Shown one piece after another: positions 50,731 through 63,536 of a stretch of 64,000 bases of DNA. The DNA lies in NCBI GenBank assembly GCA_964252035.1, contig OZ176203.1, one strand, 5' to 3'. The position numbers and the translations under genes were made by a program. The notes under the pieces were generated by a model. It was given only the letters and a program-made list of their open reading frames with translations. It did no database searches and had not been told where the DNA came from. Position 1 is the stretch's first letter, and each line of letters begins with the position of its first letter. This stretch comes from Podarcis erhardii (lineage: Eukaryota).

Positions 50731-50767
50731 TGGTATAATCTTATTTATGCATAAAAGTATTTCTGTA

Positions 50768-51009
50768 CAGTGGTACCTCGGGTTACATATGCTTCAGGTT
50801 ACATACGCTTCTGGTTACAGACTCCGCTAACCCAGAAATAGTGCTTCAGGTTAAGAACTTTGCTTCAGGATGAGAACAGAAATTATGCTTTGGCGGCGCG
50901 GCGGCAGCAGGAGGCCCCATTAGCTAAAGTGGTACCTCAGGTTAAGAACAGTTTTAGGTTAAGTACGGACCTCCGGAACGAATTAAGTACTTAACCTGAG
51001 GTACCACTG
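50768..51009. mobile_element. Tc1/mariner (Tigger-like) MITE, 242 bp
   Basis: TA|CAGTGGTACCTCGGGTTA ... TAACCTGAGGTACCACTG|TA; 18-bp TIR (17/18); CpGs retained. Confidence 0.93.
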
Positions 51010-52869
51010 TACTTCCATATCATCTCATATCAGGGCGGTGTACAATGTTACAACATATAAAACCGTTTTTTAAAAAAAATTAAAAATGCAAATAATTGCC
51101 AATAAATAGTTCTTCCTTTGTAGATAGAGTGGCATATAAAAGGCTCCAAAACTGCCACAAAAGCAACTGTGGAAGCAGATAAAGGCAACTTTTGTGTGTG
51201 TAGATAAAGCATTATACCACTTCATTATAGTATACTGAAGTAGGATAACTAAGTCAAAGTACTTCTGGAAAATTGAAAAATGTATCACTTGGTCTCAGCA
51301 CCACCAATTCATATTTTGCCCCGCTGTGTTATTTTAGTTGTTTAATCTAGCAAAGAAATTGATGAACAATATAATAATCCTAAGCATGTCTACTTAGAAA
51401 CAAGTCACATTGAATCCAGGGGGGAGTACTCCCCCAAAAAGTAGGCAGTGGATTGCAGCCTAAAGCTTGCAGTTCTGCTTTTTTAATACATCAAAGCACC
51501 TCTGTAAGCATATCACAAGTACTCTCAGCCACCTTGCATGGGACCACTCGTTCCTAAGTCTTTGGTCATACACCCATGCCTGTCTACCATGAACTCACTG
51601 TGCGATGACCTCATTTAACCTAGTAGCCAAACTCTCCAGTGTTTCCATTCACCACACCTCTACTTAAGTATCTATTTCCCTTCCTCAAAACAGTCCCATT
51701 GTAAGTTGGGCAGCAGAACGCAACTTTGAGTGAGCGAATGCTGTTCATTTGAGAGTGGGTGCCTACACATCTGGATGTTGCAGTTGACATCCCTATGGCA
51801 CTGTTTCTTTGAGATCACCCAGCTATAAAAACCTTTTGTTACCTTCTTTAAGAGGAGGGAAGTTTTCCCTTCCTTGTTTTCATGGCCATAACTTCCTTTC
51901 GCTTGTGGTATCACATGCACTGAATGAGAGGGAAGACAGAGACACCGTACTCCATTACTCTTTACTCCAGACAAAGCAGTGTCCTTGACAAGCAAAGAAT
52001 AGCGAAGCAGTTTAAAGAACTCCCTGTTACGAGGTGGGCAGGCCATTCCACCCATGTGAGCTTCTGCTTCAGAGAACTCTCTTTGTATGAACTTCTGTTA
52101 TTTGCTGTGGGGAAGCCAAGAATCATTCACTTAAAACACACACACACACAGAAACCTTGGAGGCCTAGCTAAAATTGGATCTGCAGGGATATAAATAGCA
52201 GACCTCAACAGCCAGCACAATGTTTTCCCACAAGAAAGGTGACCAAAGACTGTTAGCCCTACAGAAGAGGGTTAGTGATTAAATGTATTTTTTTAATGCA
52301 TGGCCATGTCCCTTCCATATGGTACATGGAAATCTGTTGGCTGGTGCAAATTTGAATGAAAATCTGTATGGCCAATATAAATTGGGAAACTTGACTTTTG
52401 AGGTTTGATCTCAGTATACGTTGGACCCTTTCCATATAGATCTCCATTAGGAAATGGAATCCCCTTGCAATGGGGAAAAAGGCCTATATGAGTCTGCCTT
52501 CAGTACTTTCTCTGTCAAATGCTTCTTGTGAAGGGTGCTGAAGTTGTGATGGGTGAAATTAAGATATTACAATATTCACTGCACAAAAGGAATGCTTGAA
52601 GCTAAGCCCATCTAGTATGGATATTCTTTAACAAGGATGTCTGTTCAAAAGGAAAACATTGATGCTGTTTGCTTTTGGTGCCTTTTAGATGTTATAGCAG
52701 TGGCTTTGGAATAGTTTTTCCATAGCTTCATCCCATGGTGTGGTTGTAACATTTAACGGTATGGCACCGTGCAATCGGGGCCAATTGTGTTAGTTCCTGA
52801 TTCTGGTTCAGCTACGATCATATATGAAGGATTTGCACAAATGGCCCCACCTATGCAGTGCTGAGCTTT

Positions 52870-53010
52870 TAAACATTATGACAATCTTTCTCACACTTTG
52901 GTCCCCATATGTTGTTGGACTACAACTCCCATCATCCCTAGCTAGCAGTGATGGGACTTGTAGTCCAACCACATATGGGGACCCAAGGCTGAAAAAGGCT
53001 GTATTATGGC
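52870..53010. mobile_element. Degenerate palindromic hAT-like MITE (ctacaactcccatcatccct family)
   Basis: Shares its core with 30686-30821; weaker copies near 26185, 29040, 33880 and 44700. Confidence 0.7.
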
Positions 53011-55647
53011 CACACTGTAGGATGAACCTCATGGAAGAATAACTTCATATCTGGAAGTTAACTACTGAAAGGACTTTTACTGTGTTGGCACCCATGCTAG
53101 AAATTTCTCCCAAGGCAACTTTGCCTAGTGCCTTTAAACTTTGAAGTATCAAGAAAAGGTTTTTCCAGTGTGAAAGTGTGAAATGGTTTTTGTAAGTGCC
53201 TTGATTGCTTCTGCCCCAAAGTGGGACATAAATCTCTCAAATAGACACATACATTTTAATTGAAATAAAAAGTGAATCCCAGGGATGACTTACAGGGCAA
53301 TCAAAAATCAATGCAGCATTCAACATTATGTTGCTGCATTTTAAAACTGTACCAAAAAAACGACATACTTAACAATAATCAATCTAGAACTCACCCTACA
53401 AAGGTAAAGGGAGAGGGGAAAAAGACGCTAGTTGTCTTTGAGATGCTCTGAAATTTCAGAGAGTCTTCTGACTCATCATTAAAGTGCTGTAAGAGTCTCT
53501 GTTGTTTTGCTACACATTGCCCTCTGAAACCACAGAGTTTATTGTAAAACAATTGAATTGGAAAGTATACTCCAAAAGCTTCCCTCCATGTTTTTGAATG
53601 CTGTGAATATACTGAGTTGAAGGACTGCAAGCAAAGGATAATGCTAAGTGGCGTTATCATACCTTGGGTGTGAGTGTGCTGAATGCTGCTGCACAGATGG
53701 GCGTTTTACTTCGTATCTTTATCAGCGAGTTCAAAGCTGACTGAACTGGCATGTAGCAAAGCATGTAAATCTTATGTCTGGTACTAAATTGGGAGGTGTT
53801 GGATACGCCAGCGAGGACAGCCAAATAATACGGATGAACCTAGGAAGATTAAGAAATACTGTATTGACATAGTCTTGAGTGTGGTGGAAAGAGAAGACTA
53901 CAGCTTCATTTTTCAGGCTGTATTGTGGTGCAGTCAGTAAAAGGGAGATTGCTTTTATTTGCTTATTTAAGTAGACGCAGGGAACAACATGGATAAATGC
54001 CTCGTAGCAAAAACTTAGCATGATACTGGTCTAAAGAAGGACATCATACAGCTTTCTCAACATTATATGGAACATCTGAATTTTGCACAAATGCATCACA
54101 AGCTGTATTTCTTGAATTCCATGGTGCTTGGCTCCACTGTTTACTCTACCCCCTTCCAGTCTCTTTTCATGTGTATGTGTGTGTGAGAGAGAATATCTAA
54201 CTGCGGGTAACACTCCATGCATCACAGTGGGCTTTAGTTCACAAAAGCTTCTGCCATGACTTCTGTGTGAGTTTTAAGGCACCATGTGTTCTCTGGCTTG
54301 CTGAATCAATGGTGTTTAGTTTATCTTTTTTACTAGAACCTCAAGATTCATCAATTGGAGCTCGTGGTTTGGGTGCAAAACAGTGGCTCAAGTAAATTAC
54401 CTATGAGTGCAATGGCCTGTATATACGTAAGTACAAATCTAGTTCACTACAGATCAGGGATTCTAACTACCTAATTTAGGGTGGGGTAGGTAAGGTATTG
54501 TAACTTGTACTGGGAGACAGGAAATCCTTACATTGCAAATTATCCAGCAATCTACCAATAGATCCTGACCTTCCTTTCTCCCATACCTGTTCTAGTAGAC
54601 AAATGGACAGATGTTTCTTACTGACATGGGACAATATGTCCACATTCTAACCTACATACAAATTAGCTAGAAAGGGGAAACATAACATAATCCAGAGGGG
54701 GCTGGGCTTTTAATTTTTATGGGAGCAAATTAATCAAACACATTTTTGAGCAGTTTTGTTTTTCAGTAGATATTCACCCAATATTTAAATATCAGAGCTT
54801 TTTATTTTTTAAAGTCTCCTTTGAAAAGGAGGGAAAATCAATTTACTACTTTTTCTTTTTGGTTCTCTGATGAGATATTTTGGTCTGTTCTTGATCCCCA
54901 CTGCTCACGTAACTGCTCATCCGTTCTCTTTCTTTCAAGTGCCGTGATGACACAAAGGAGACAAGGACAGCGGAGGAGAGTATGTGAAATCAGCCTACAG
55001 GCCAAAGAGAAAGGAGCTGGAAGAGGAATGATTGCCTATGCTGGTATGCTTCAGATTCCTTCCAACCGAGTACTGACATTCCCAAGGGCAAAGTACAGGG
55101 ATAAAATAAAATGTATGTGATAAAAATAATGCATAACTTGCTTGCAACAGTGAGAATACTTTGCATAGTTCCCAAGAGACTGTGGATTCAGAATCTCACC
55201 ATTCTGAACTCTGAACCCTTAGGAATTGTCTCACCATAGGAAAATCCAGAGAGAAGACACTGGGGCAGCTGAGACTGTTCAGTTTGGTGTCTGATTGGTT
55301 TTATATATAGTGCATCACCCAGAATTTGCTAATATAGGAACTGCTAGAAAGAGGAGCCATGTAATATTATTTGTGCTAGAACCATAACCAGGGAAAGAAA
55401 CAGCTATCTGATTTTTCAAAGACATCTGAGAGCAGCCCTGTATAGGGAAGTTGTTTGATGTCTTACTGTGTTTTAGTTTGTTGGAAGCTGCCTCGAGTGA
55501 CTGGGGCAACCCTGCCAGATGGGCTGCATCATCACCACCACCACCATATCTGGACAGGCAAACATACTCCTCTGCTGCTGCAGCCTCTGGTGCAATGTAA
55601 AATGTTGAGTACCAAGCATGAAATAGCCTGATCAAGTATGTGCAGTT

Positions 55648-55875
55648 GAGAGCCAGTGTGGTGTAGTGTTTAGAGTGCTGGACTAGGACCCGGGAGACCA
55701 GGGTTCGAATCCCAACTCAGCCATGAAACTCACTGGGTGACCTTGGGCCAGCCGCTCAATCTCAGCCTAACCTACCTCACAGGGTTGTTGTGAGGAGAAA
55801 ATGAGGAGGAGAAGTATGCAGGCCCCCTTGAGCTCCATGGAGGGAAGGTGGAGAATAAATGTAATAATAAACAAA
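55648..55875 (+). mobile_element. tRNA-derived MIR/CORE-like squamate SINE, near full length
   Basis: A-box-like TGGTGTAGTGTT, B box GGTTCGAATCC, CORE-like gggtgaccttgggccag...cctcacagggttgttgtgagg and (TAAA)n-like tail. Confidence 0.88.
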
Positions 55876-58436
55876 CATGCAAACAAACACCTCCCATGTG
55901 CTGGTTAGGGTTTTGTACAAAGGCTGAGGGGAAAGAGTTCAAATACGCAATGCCATACAGCAGTCGTGAGCCTACCACTAACTATACCTAATGTACCTCA
56001 CAGAACAAGTCTAGTACTTGTGGTCTGTTAACTGGAATGAAATTGGACACATTCCAAGTGAAAGCACAAGTTCGTGATGATAGTATTTGGGGATCAGTCC
56101 CGATGGAATGGTACTTTTTATTTTCGCTGACTGAACTTCTGAGGGTAAAGAGGGTCTCGATTTTTTGAGAGACCTAACATACAAGGACTGACATGCAAAT
56201 ATCTACACATAGATACATTAAATAGGTGTGGGATAATATATCACACACAAACCAGATATCTAGTTTCACATGGGACATGCACTACATAATCATCATATGG
56301 GAATTTATTGGCAGAGATATTGAGGAATTCCAAACAAAAAAGAAATTAAAAAGTGGGAAATCAAAAGAACTGTTTCAGTTGAATTCAGATCATGGGCAAG
56401 TTGGCTGGTTTTGCACAGCTTGCCTCTAGTAATAACCACTTCAAAAGGATAACAATGCAATTGTACTTGGTGGTCTAACAATGCCCCTGCCCCATCAGCT
56501 TGGTCCAAGAGCATTTGGTTTCTCTGGTCTGTTCATCTTCACATAACACCCTGACTGTGATGAGGCCAGCTCCAGCATTCTTATAACTTAAGTAAAGAAG
56601 AAACTTCTGTTAGCAAGACCACTCATCTGTCTCTAACCATAGGTAGCCCTTGATCTCTAATTCTATGCACATGTTCTTCTAAGTCCCATTAAGTAAAGTA
56701 GGACATAGTCTCAAGTCAAAATGCCTCGGAACAGTCTGTTGGTTTCTAGAGGTTATGGCAATTAGAAGAAAGCTCTTGTCCTGTCTTCTACTTCCTAATC
56801 ATGTGACTTTTTTTTTTGTTCCCCTCCCTAAAATTAGTCTATTGTCAGACTTCATCGCCACCACTAAAATATTCTTTTTATATAATATTTTTTCTTAGTT
56901 TTCAATTGCAGTCCAATAATAGCCTCATTATTTTTTTAAAAAACCAATTTATAATGCAATTGTTAATACCAATCATTCAAATACCGAATTATATAATTTA
57001 GCTAAAGAGCCCCCCCCCCCGCAAGCTAGATTTGATGGTTTGATTATTTTCTTTATTTCTGTGTTCCAAAATCTTATTAATTTCAATTACATTCATAATC
57101 ATTTTATTCACTTCATAAATAATAAAGGATGAGTCAGCTCTAAGTCTCCATAATAAATCTTTTGCAAAATAGAGCTTCCCTTTCTTTTTCCTTTTTCGGC
57201 ACACACAATTCTGTTTGATGCTATAGTCCATATTTATAATCAAATTTATTCCATACTTGCTTGTATAAATATAATTTGAATTAACATTCAGAGGACGGTT
57301 GCCGAATCATAAATGTAGAGAAGACATTCCCCTCCCCCACCGTCTTTTGCACCAAATGAAGTCTTATCTCAAGTTCACACCTTAAAGTCCTTGCATTTGG
57401 TTTGTTCCACAGTTTGTGATCTCATCTCTTTTATATGCGCCTGTACTTTAGTCCAATTAAGCTCTAATTAACAGGAGAACCTCTGCTTCTTAATGGTGGT
57501 GTTGGAGGGTTTTTGCCAGGCAAAGTGCTTTTACACTCAGTGCCTCCCTGCCCCCCACATTCCATGCCGAAGCAAGAGCCAGGTACCAAGACGAACTGCG
57601 AGTGAAGCCCATTCCTTTTCTGGAGGGGGGGGGGAATTTGCAAGGATAATTACCCTCAATCATCCTCGTTTTTCCTTCGACAACAATCTCCCGCTGTCTT
57701 GGAGGCTGCCCCCGTTAAGTCAGAACAGACCTGGAAGCCACCCCTAAAATATTCTTATTTAGATCAGGCTGTTTAGCAGCACACTTACCTGGGAGTAAGC
57801 TCCAAGGAATGCAATGGAACTACTTCAGAGTAGAGTATGTATAAGATAGTGCTGTCAATTTTACTATGCATGTAATGAAGAGAAAATATTCTACAAAATG
57901 CGCACATACAAAAAAGAAACAATGTAAAGCTTCCAACTATATCTAGCAAGAAGAATCCAGCCATATGACAGCAAATTTCATCTCTAGTGGTTATAGGTTT
58001 CTGCAGTTATCAGATAGCCTTCTCAGCGACAAGAATCCGTTTAAATTAAATAGCATCAAACTCTCTCTAGGCATTAGAGCTTTCTTTGGTTATCAGATAT
58101 CAGTGTCAAATGAAAAAGCTGAACTAACAGGAAAGCATAAACGGCTTACTGTTTAGGAGATAATAAAAACTAACAAGGACAACATTCATAAGGACGTGAA
58201 CTTTCTCACATTAGATGGACACTATTAAACAAGGAAAAATACTCCAAAAGTATATAAATAACCCAGCACATGTCGTCCTTTTTCTGTAAACAGAGAGAAG
58301 GTGGCTACCTCACTTCATTATGCTTCCAGATTTCTGATGGTTCTTACTATTGCTTGTTTTAAATTTAAAGAAAACCAGTTCCAAATTCTTACTCCCTGAG
58401 CTTCCCGCAGTTTGTCACATTGACCATTTTACTCAC

Positions 58437-58645
58437 CTGAATGGTCTCTTGTCTTTAAACGACTCGTTCTGTTACTTCGTGTAGAGTCTTACCATGGAGT
58501 CTTTGGACTTTTTAACCATCTTCCCACTGCTTTCTTTTTCCTCCTTTCCTTCACCTGTGGTTTCTCACACCCCCTTTGTATCTCCTTCCTCTATGTATAC
58601 CCACTTCCCTCCTCACCCTTTGTCTTTCTCACCCCTCCCCTAGTC
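58437..58645 (-). other. GJA5: Candidate GJA5 non-coding exon 1
   Basis: Purine-rich segment starting about 30 nt downstream of TATAAAA (58668-58674), with two donors: ATG|GTAAGA (exon end 58493) and CAG|GTGAGT (exon end 58437). The part GTGTGAGAAACCACAGGTGAAGGAAAGGAGGAAAAAGAAAGCAG resembles mammalian Cx40 exon 1A as I recall it (unverified). Confidence 0.6.
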
Positions 58646-58980
58646 ACTGTTCTAGAAAAAGGAGTCATTTTATAGGTTTCCTCCACCCCTTGTCCGCTTT
58701 CCTCAGAGGTCTTCCCCTTGTTTCTGCAGGCCTGCGATGCTGACTGTTGCTCTTCTCACTTGTCAGGAGAGACAAGCGCTGCACACCAAGCGCTCTTCAA
58801 ATAACAGGTCACTATCAAGCTTTCCTTGAAAGTCAGGAACAGTGATGCCCCTTCTGTAACCAGAGCTCTCTGAAGGCAGTTTTACCCACTCAAGAAGGGA
58901 AAGGGTTAGGGTTGAGGGGCGGAGGCAGGCTGTCCCTTGTTGATTCTGGAAAGCGCAACCAATCAAAGCATAATTCCTAA
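58646..58980 (-). promoter_or_regulatory. GJA5: Candidate GJA5 promoter
   Basis: TATAAAA 58668-58674, KLF/Sp-like GGGGTGGAGG, NKX-like CAAGTG near 58757-58762, T-box half site GGTGTG near 58782-58787, GC box GGGGCGGAG 58916-58924 and CCAAT near 58959. Confidence 0.55.
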
Positions 58981-59544
58981 TGTTCTGAGATTCCCTTATT
59001 CTGACAAGAATACTTTCCAGCAAGCCTGGTTGGCGGGGGGGGGGGGGAAGGAAATACGCATGTACATAAATCAACATTTGTGCATGGGTCAAAAGTTAAA
59101 AATAGAAGGAGCGGGTTCTGGACCGTGTTTGCAACACGAACAGCCTATTGAGAAGAACGTAGAGAGTGACCCAGCATCAATATCAAAGCTTCAGAGGAGA
59201 GCAAGAACTTTGCTACAGATGATAGTGCCAACTGAGGGATGTTACCTGTAGTAAACAGGTTTTACTTAGGCTTGGTGTGTGCTAGGAAGAGTGAACCACA
59301 CTTCAGTGTGTGGCATGCCATCCATTTTGGATGAAATATTGTCCTTTGTTGACTTTGAGACTCCCACCCCGTCCTCTTTTTCACTTCTGTCCGTCAAACT
59401 TTCAAATGGTGAGATATTTCCCACAGTGTGGGAAATGTGAGGGGTATGTCTGAAGTTATTCTCATGTGTGTGGCTTCTAATAAAACATACATTGTTCTGC
59501 TATTATGAGTGTTATGTTCTCTGCCTAAAATGAGAAGGCAGTCA

Positions 59545-59945
59545 GAGGAGATCGTCACAGCAGCCATGAAGTCCTGAGCCACCCCAGAGCCAGTTGCCTC
59601 AGTGTGGATGTTGAAGTCCCCTAGAACCAGCAGTCTGCGAGTCCTCAACACTGCCTCTGAGACCACAGTGAGGTGGGCGGTAAACCAGCAGAATTCCTAA
59701 TCTGTCCCGATTTCACAACACCAGAAACACACACACTAGATCCCTCCCCCACCTGACTGGATAGAGGGCCTGGAGAGACAGAGAGAATTTCTATAGACCA
59801 CAGCAACTTCCCCTCTCTGACCCTCAAGTCTGGCCTGATGCCGTACCATATACCCAGGTGGGCACAGCTGGATGGGACCAACTCCACCCTCTTCATCCAC
59901 CCAGGTCTTGGTGATACAAGCCAGATTGGCCTCCACAATCATGGA
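59545..59945 (-). mobile_element. Isolated LINE (L2/CR1-group) APE endonuclease fragment, frameshifted
   Basis: Motifs CITKTW, GEVAVVYR, ILLVYRPP and LLVLGDFNIH are spread over different minus-strand frames. Confidence 0.8.
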
Positions 59946-60284
59946 TAAAGGAGGTATTTATATGGCAGCTTCCAACAGTGAGATATGCATAAAGTGGCTC
60001 ACAACATAATAAATTGGTGTATTATTTAATGCAAACACTGAAAGGGGGAGGTTGGGGGAAGAAAGCAATATTGTTGCTGTGTGAAACGGCCAGTTGTAGC
60101 TACATTAGCCATGCATCTCAACTGGCACCCCTCAACTGTGAACCTGTACGCCGCCTTCTCTTGGAATTGCAACACTGAATTTTAAAAATGATCTTCACTT
60201 CAACTATGTCTGACATTATGAAATTGCACTCAGGTTCTTACACACCTCTACACAAATCAGTCAATGTGATGCTATGTGCTTAAA

Positions 60285-60286
<2 letters not shown>

Positions 60287-60328
<42 letters not shown>
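60287..60328. repeat. (GT)21 microsatellite
   Basis: Read directly. Confidence 0.95.
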
Positions 60329-60331
<3 letters not shown>

Positions 60332-61693
60332 GGGTGTCTGTGTCATAGAATGGTGAAAAAGTATCTTTAGCCAATATGCAGAAAAAGACTGGAATATCTT
60401 TTTCTTGCTGTGGTTTGTTTGTGTGATTTGGAATGGGGAATATGGTGCGGTACTTTACCCTTTCCCTACCTGCCAGTTTCTTGCTCCAGATCTCCCCCCT
60501 AGCATCTTTAGTCCCCAAACTCCAAGTCTGTGTTTATGCTTGGAGACCCCATTGCAGAGGCTAATGGGGAAAAGTTTGGAGTGGGGAAAACCGTGGGTGA
60601 TAAAAGAGTTAAGCACTCTCTCCACTTTGTGATCAGCTTCAATTTGGCCAGAGAAAGCTAACTTTCTTGTGAAGCTCTCCCCTACTCCATATCTATTGTT
60701 AATAAACATTTATATGGAACGTGCAGTTTGTCCCTTTGCAGCAAGGAAAGAAATGCATTGTCTCAAGGAGGATGTCTTTTACAAATGCAAATAATACTTA
60801 AATATGCATTTGATTTTTAGGCTCAGAGAAGAACCTGTGGAGTCATGACACATGCTTATTCAAAAGCCCATGTATAATGCAAGAGTATGAGCTCTCTTTG
60901 ACTTGCAGATAAAAGACAGAGCAGCAAAGCAAAGCATGAACATTCATTGCATTATTCTACACATTTAGTTTGATAGACTGGCCCAGACCATTCAGTCATT
61001 GCTAGAGGGAGAGAGAAAGCCCCAAACTGTAATGGATTTCATGATGATGTGATGACAGCAAGGAGGAGACACATTAGGTGCAGATTGCCTAAACCGTGGT
61101 GATGTCATGTAATATGTACAAACATTCCAACTGTCTTGAGGAAAGTTCACAGTAATAGCTTGCAGCTTCAGTTTGGCTGGAGAAAGCTCTCGTCGATCCT
61201 AGGGCTGGACAGGAGGGCCTAGGCAGGGATAATGCAGTCTAGAAAGCTGAATGTGGAGAGTTTTCAGGAGGCAGATGGGCTAAGGAGTTTTCAGGAGGCA
61301 GATGGGGCTGAGCTGAAGAAGGGAAGGAACTGAACTGAAAAAACAAGAACCTCAGAAGAGAGTAGGTGGAAGAAGATGAAGCCTGCAAAAAAGTCAGGGA
61401 ACTGGGGAAGCAACTGTAGAAAAACATTCCAAGGCCTAAATATAGAAAGAGCTATGGGGAGGGCAGGGGGAGATGGAGGGAAGGGAGAGATGAATCTGCT
61501 GGCCAGGCTCTATAATGTAAAGAACACATATATTGTCAGCATCGCCCTTGAGCCAGTGTACCAACTGGACTCATGCACTACAGCCCCGACTGGGCTAGGC
61601 GAGCTGGGTAGCACTGCCAGAGACCTCCTTTCCCACAGGAACAGGTCACAGTGCTGTGGACTCACAGCTTGGAGCTGAGAGCACCGGATTCAC

Positions 61694-62090
61694 TGTCTCA
61701 ATTATACAGTCGTTGCGCAGCAGCGTTTTGCAGAGTCTTGCAGAGTATAAACCACTCGGAGAGCAGCTCTGTAGAATATCTTCCTTTTATTCTATTGCTA
61801 CAGCTATAATACAAAACTATATACAGAGCTAAATATTCTGAGCATAAATCAATGCTATACTCTGAGTGCCTGCAGCTGCTCTTAGCAGCAATCTTATCAC
61901 TAAACACAATCTCTAGCACTCACTCTCTCTCCGACACACTGACTGACTCTCTCTCTCACACACAGACTGACTCACTCACTTGACTAATTAAGTAGAGAGC
62001 AGTACATTGCTCCTCCTCTCTGTAGAGTCAGCAGAGACCTCAGGAGATTCTTGGGTATGGGAGGGGTGAAATCTCCTCATATATATCTTG
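61694..62090 (-). mobile_element. LTR-like fragment (R/U5-like)
   Basis: On the minus strand: TATA-like, GA/GT simple repeats, AATAAA, then a ...ataattgagaCA end. The other end and a TSD were not found. Confidence 0.4.
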
Positions 62091-62614
62091 GAGAATGGCA
62101 GTGGTAGAGCATCTTACATGCAGAAAGCATCAGGTTCAATCAGGTTTAGCGTAGATTGACCAAGAAACTTTATACTGTTTCTTACCATTTGTTCAAATGG
62201 GAGGTCTCTGGAACCTCTGAAGACAGGATTATTATTCATAGAGAGCTGTCAAGATTGTTGCAAAGACAAAATAGGAACTTCCCTTACGTGCTGCCCTGAG
62301 CAGATTGCAGGAATAGTAGCAGACCTTTATGACAGACTGATAATACTGCACAACAATAAATACATTGCACTTTCTACCTTTCTGAAGAGTAAGCTATGAA
62401 TGGAAGAAAGTGGCTGGCACAGTGAACTAAGGGAAGGGAAAGTGTGAAGAAAGGGTATTCACCACCCATCTCCTTTGGGGAAGAGCCAGAGCTCAGTGGT
62501 GGGTCACATGTTTTGCATGTGTAAGGTTCAAGGTTGAGTCCCTGGCATCTCCAGGAAAGGCTGAAACCATGGAAAGCCATCGCTAATTGGTCTATAGACA
62601 GTATTGAGCTAGAA

Positions 62615-63536
62615 GGGAAGCGGGTGGTGCTGTGGTCTAAACCACTGAGCCTCTTGGGCTTGCTGATCGGAAGGTCGGCGGTTCAAATCCCTGCGACAGG
62701 ATGAGCTTCCGTTGCTCTGTCCCAGCTTCTGTCAACCTAGCAGTTCGAAAGCATACCAGTGCAAGTACATCAGGGGTCGGCAAACTTTTTCAGCAGGGGG
62801 CCGGTCCACTGTTCCTCAGACATTGTGGGGGGGCTGGACTATATATATATATATATATATATGGGGGGGGAATGAACAAATTCCCACAAATAACCCAGAG
62901 ATGCATTTTAAATAAAAGGACACATTCTACTCAGGTAAGCCATCCCCCCCATGACTCTCCCCTCCCTTCTCCACAGCACCAAATAAGCCCCGGTGGCTGC
63001 TTACCTGTGTCTTGCGAGCGGCAGGGGCTGGTGGCAGGGGGATGATGAGCAGTGCACGAAAGGACTCTGCCCAAATTGAGCCTGCTTACAATGGCAGCCG
63101 CTCGAGCGCTAACGCTGCTGTTGCTGGCACCAACAAAGCCTAGTCCCCTTCCTCTTGGCTCTAGGTAGGGCGGGGAGAAGCCAGGAGGAGGGAGGAAGGA
63201 GGCGCTGCTGAACATGCGTGTTGGCACAGCCTGAACAATCAGCTCCACGCCAATCCACACGGTGATCCACGTGGCCTTAGTCTGCCTGCCCATGGAGTAG
63301 CTAAATAGGTACCGCTGCAGCGGGAAGGTACATGGCGTTTCTGTGCACTCTGGATTCCCTTATGGTATTCCGTTGCACCAGAAGTGGTTTAGTCATGCTG
63401 ACCACATGACCTAGAAAGCTGTCTGTGGACAAATGCTGGCTCCCTCATCCTGAAAGTGAGATAAGTGCCACAACCCCATAGTCGCCTTTGACTGGACTTA
63501 ACCATCTTGGGGGTCCTTTCCCTTTCCTTTTTACCT
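62615..63536 (+). mobile_element. Sauria SINE (pieces 62615-62770 and 63295-63536)
   Basis: ggg...gggtggtgctgtggtctaaaccactgagcctcttgggcttgctgatcggaaggtcggcggttcaaatccc head; aaataggtaccgctgc...actggactta...cctttccttt tail; flanking duplication TGAGCTAGA 62605-62613 and 63540-63548. Confidence 0.9.
62771..63294. mobile_element. hAT MITE, 524 bp, inserted in the Sauria SINE
   Basis: TIR CAGGGGTCGGCAAAC / GTCTGCCTGCCCATG (11/15); degenerate 8-bp TSD AAGTACAT / GAGTAGCT; internal (AT)n. Confidence 0.82.

Noticed and set aside
56816-57300. AT-rich stretch possibly from an L1-like LINE 3' region
   Set aside because: Resemblance too weak to support without an alignment.
60514-60590. Three-way-junction-like set of short stems
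   Set aside because: Stems of only 5-9 bp in G/C-run-rich sequence are expected by chance.
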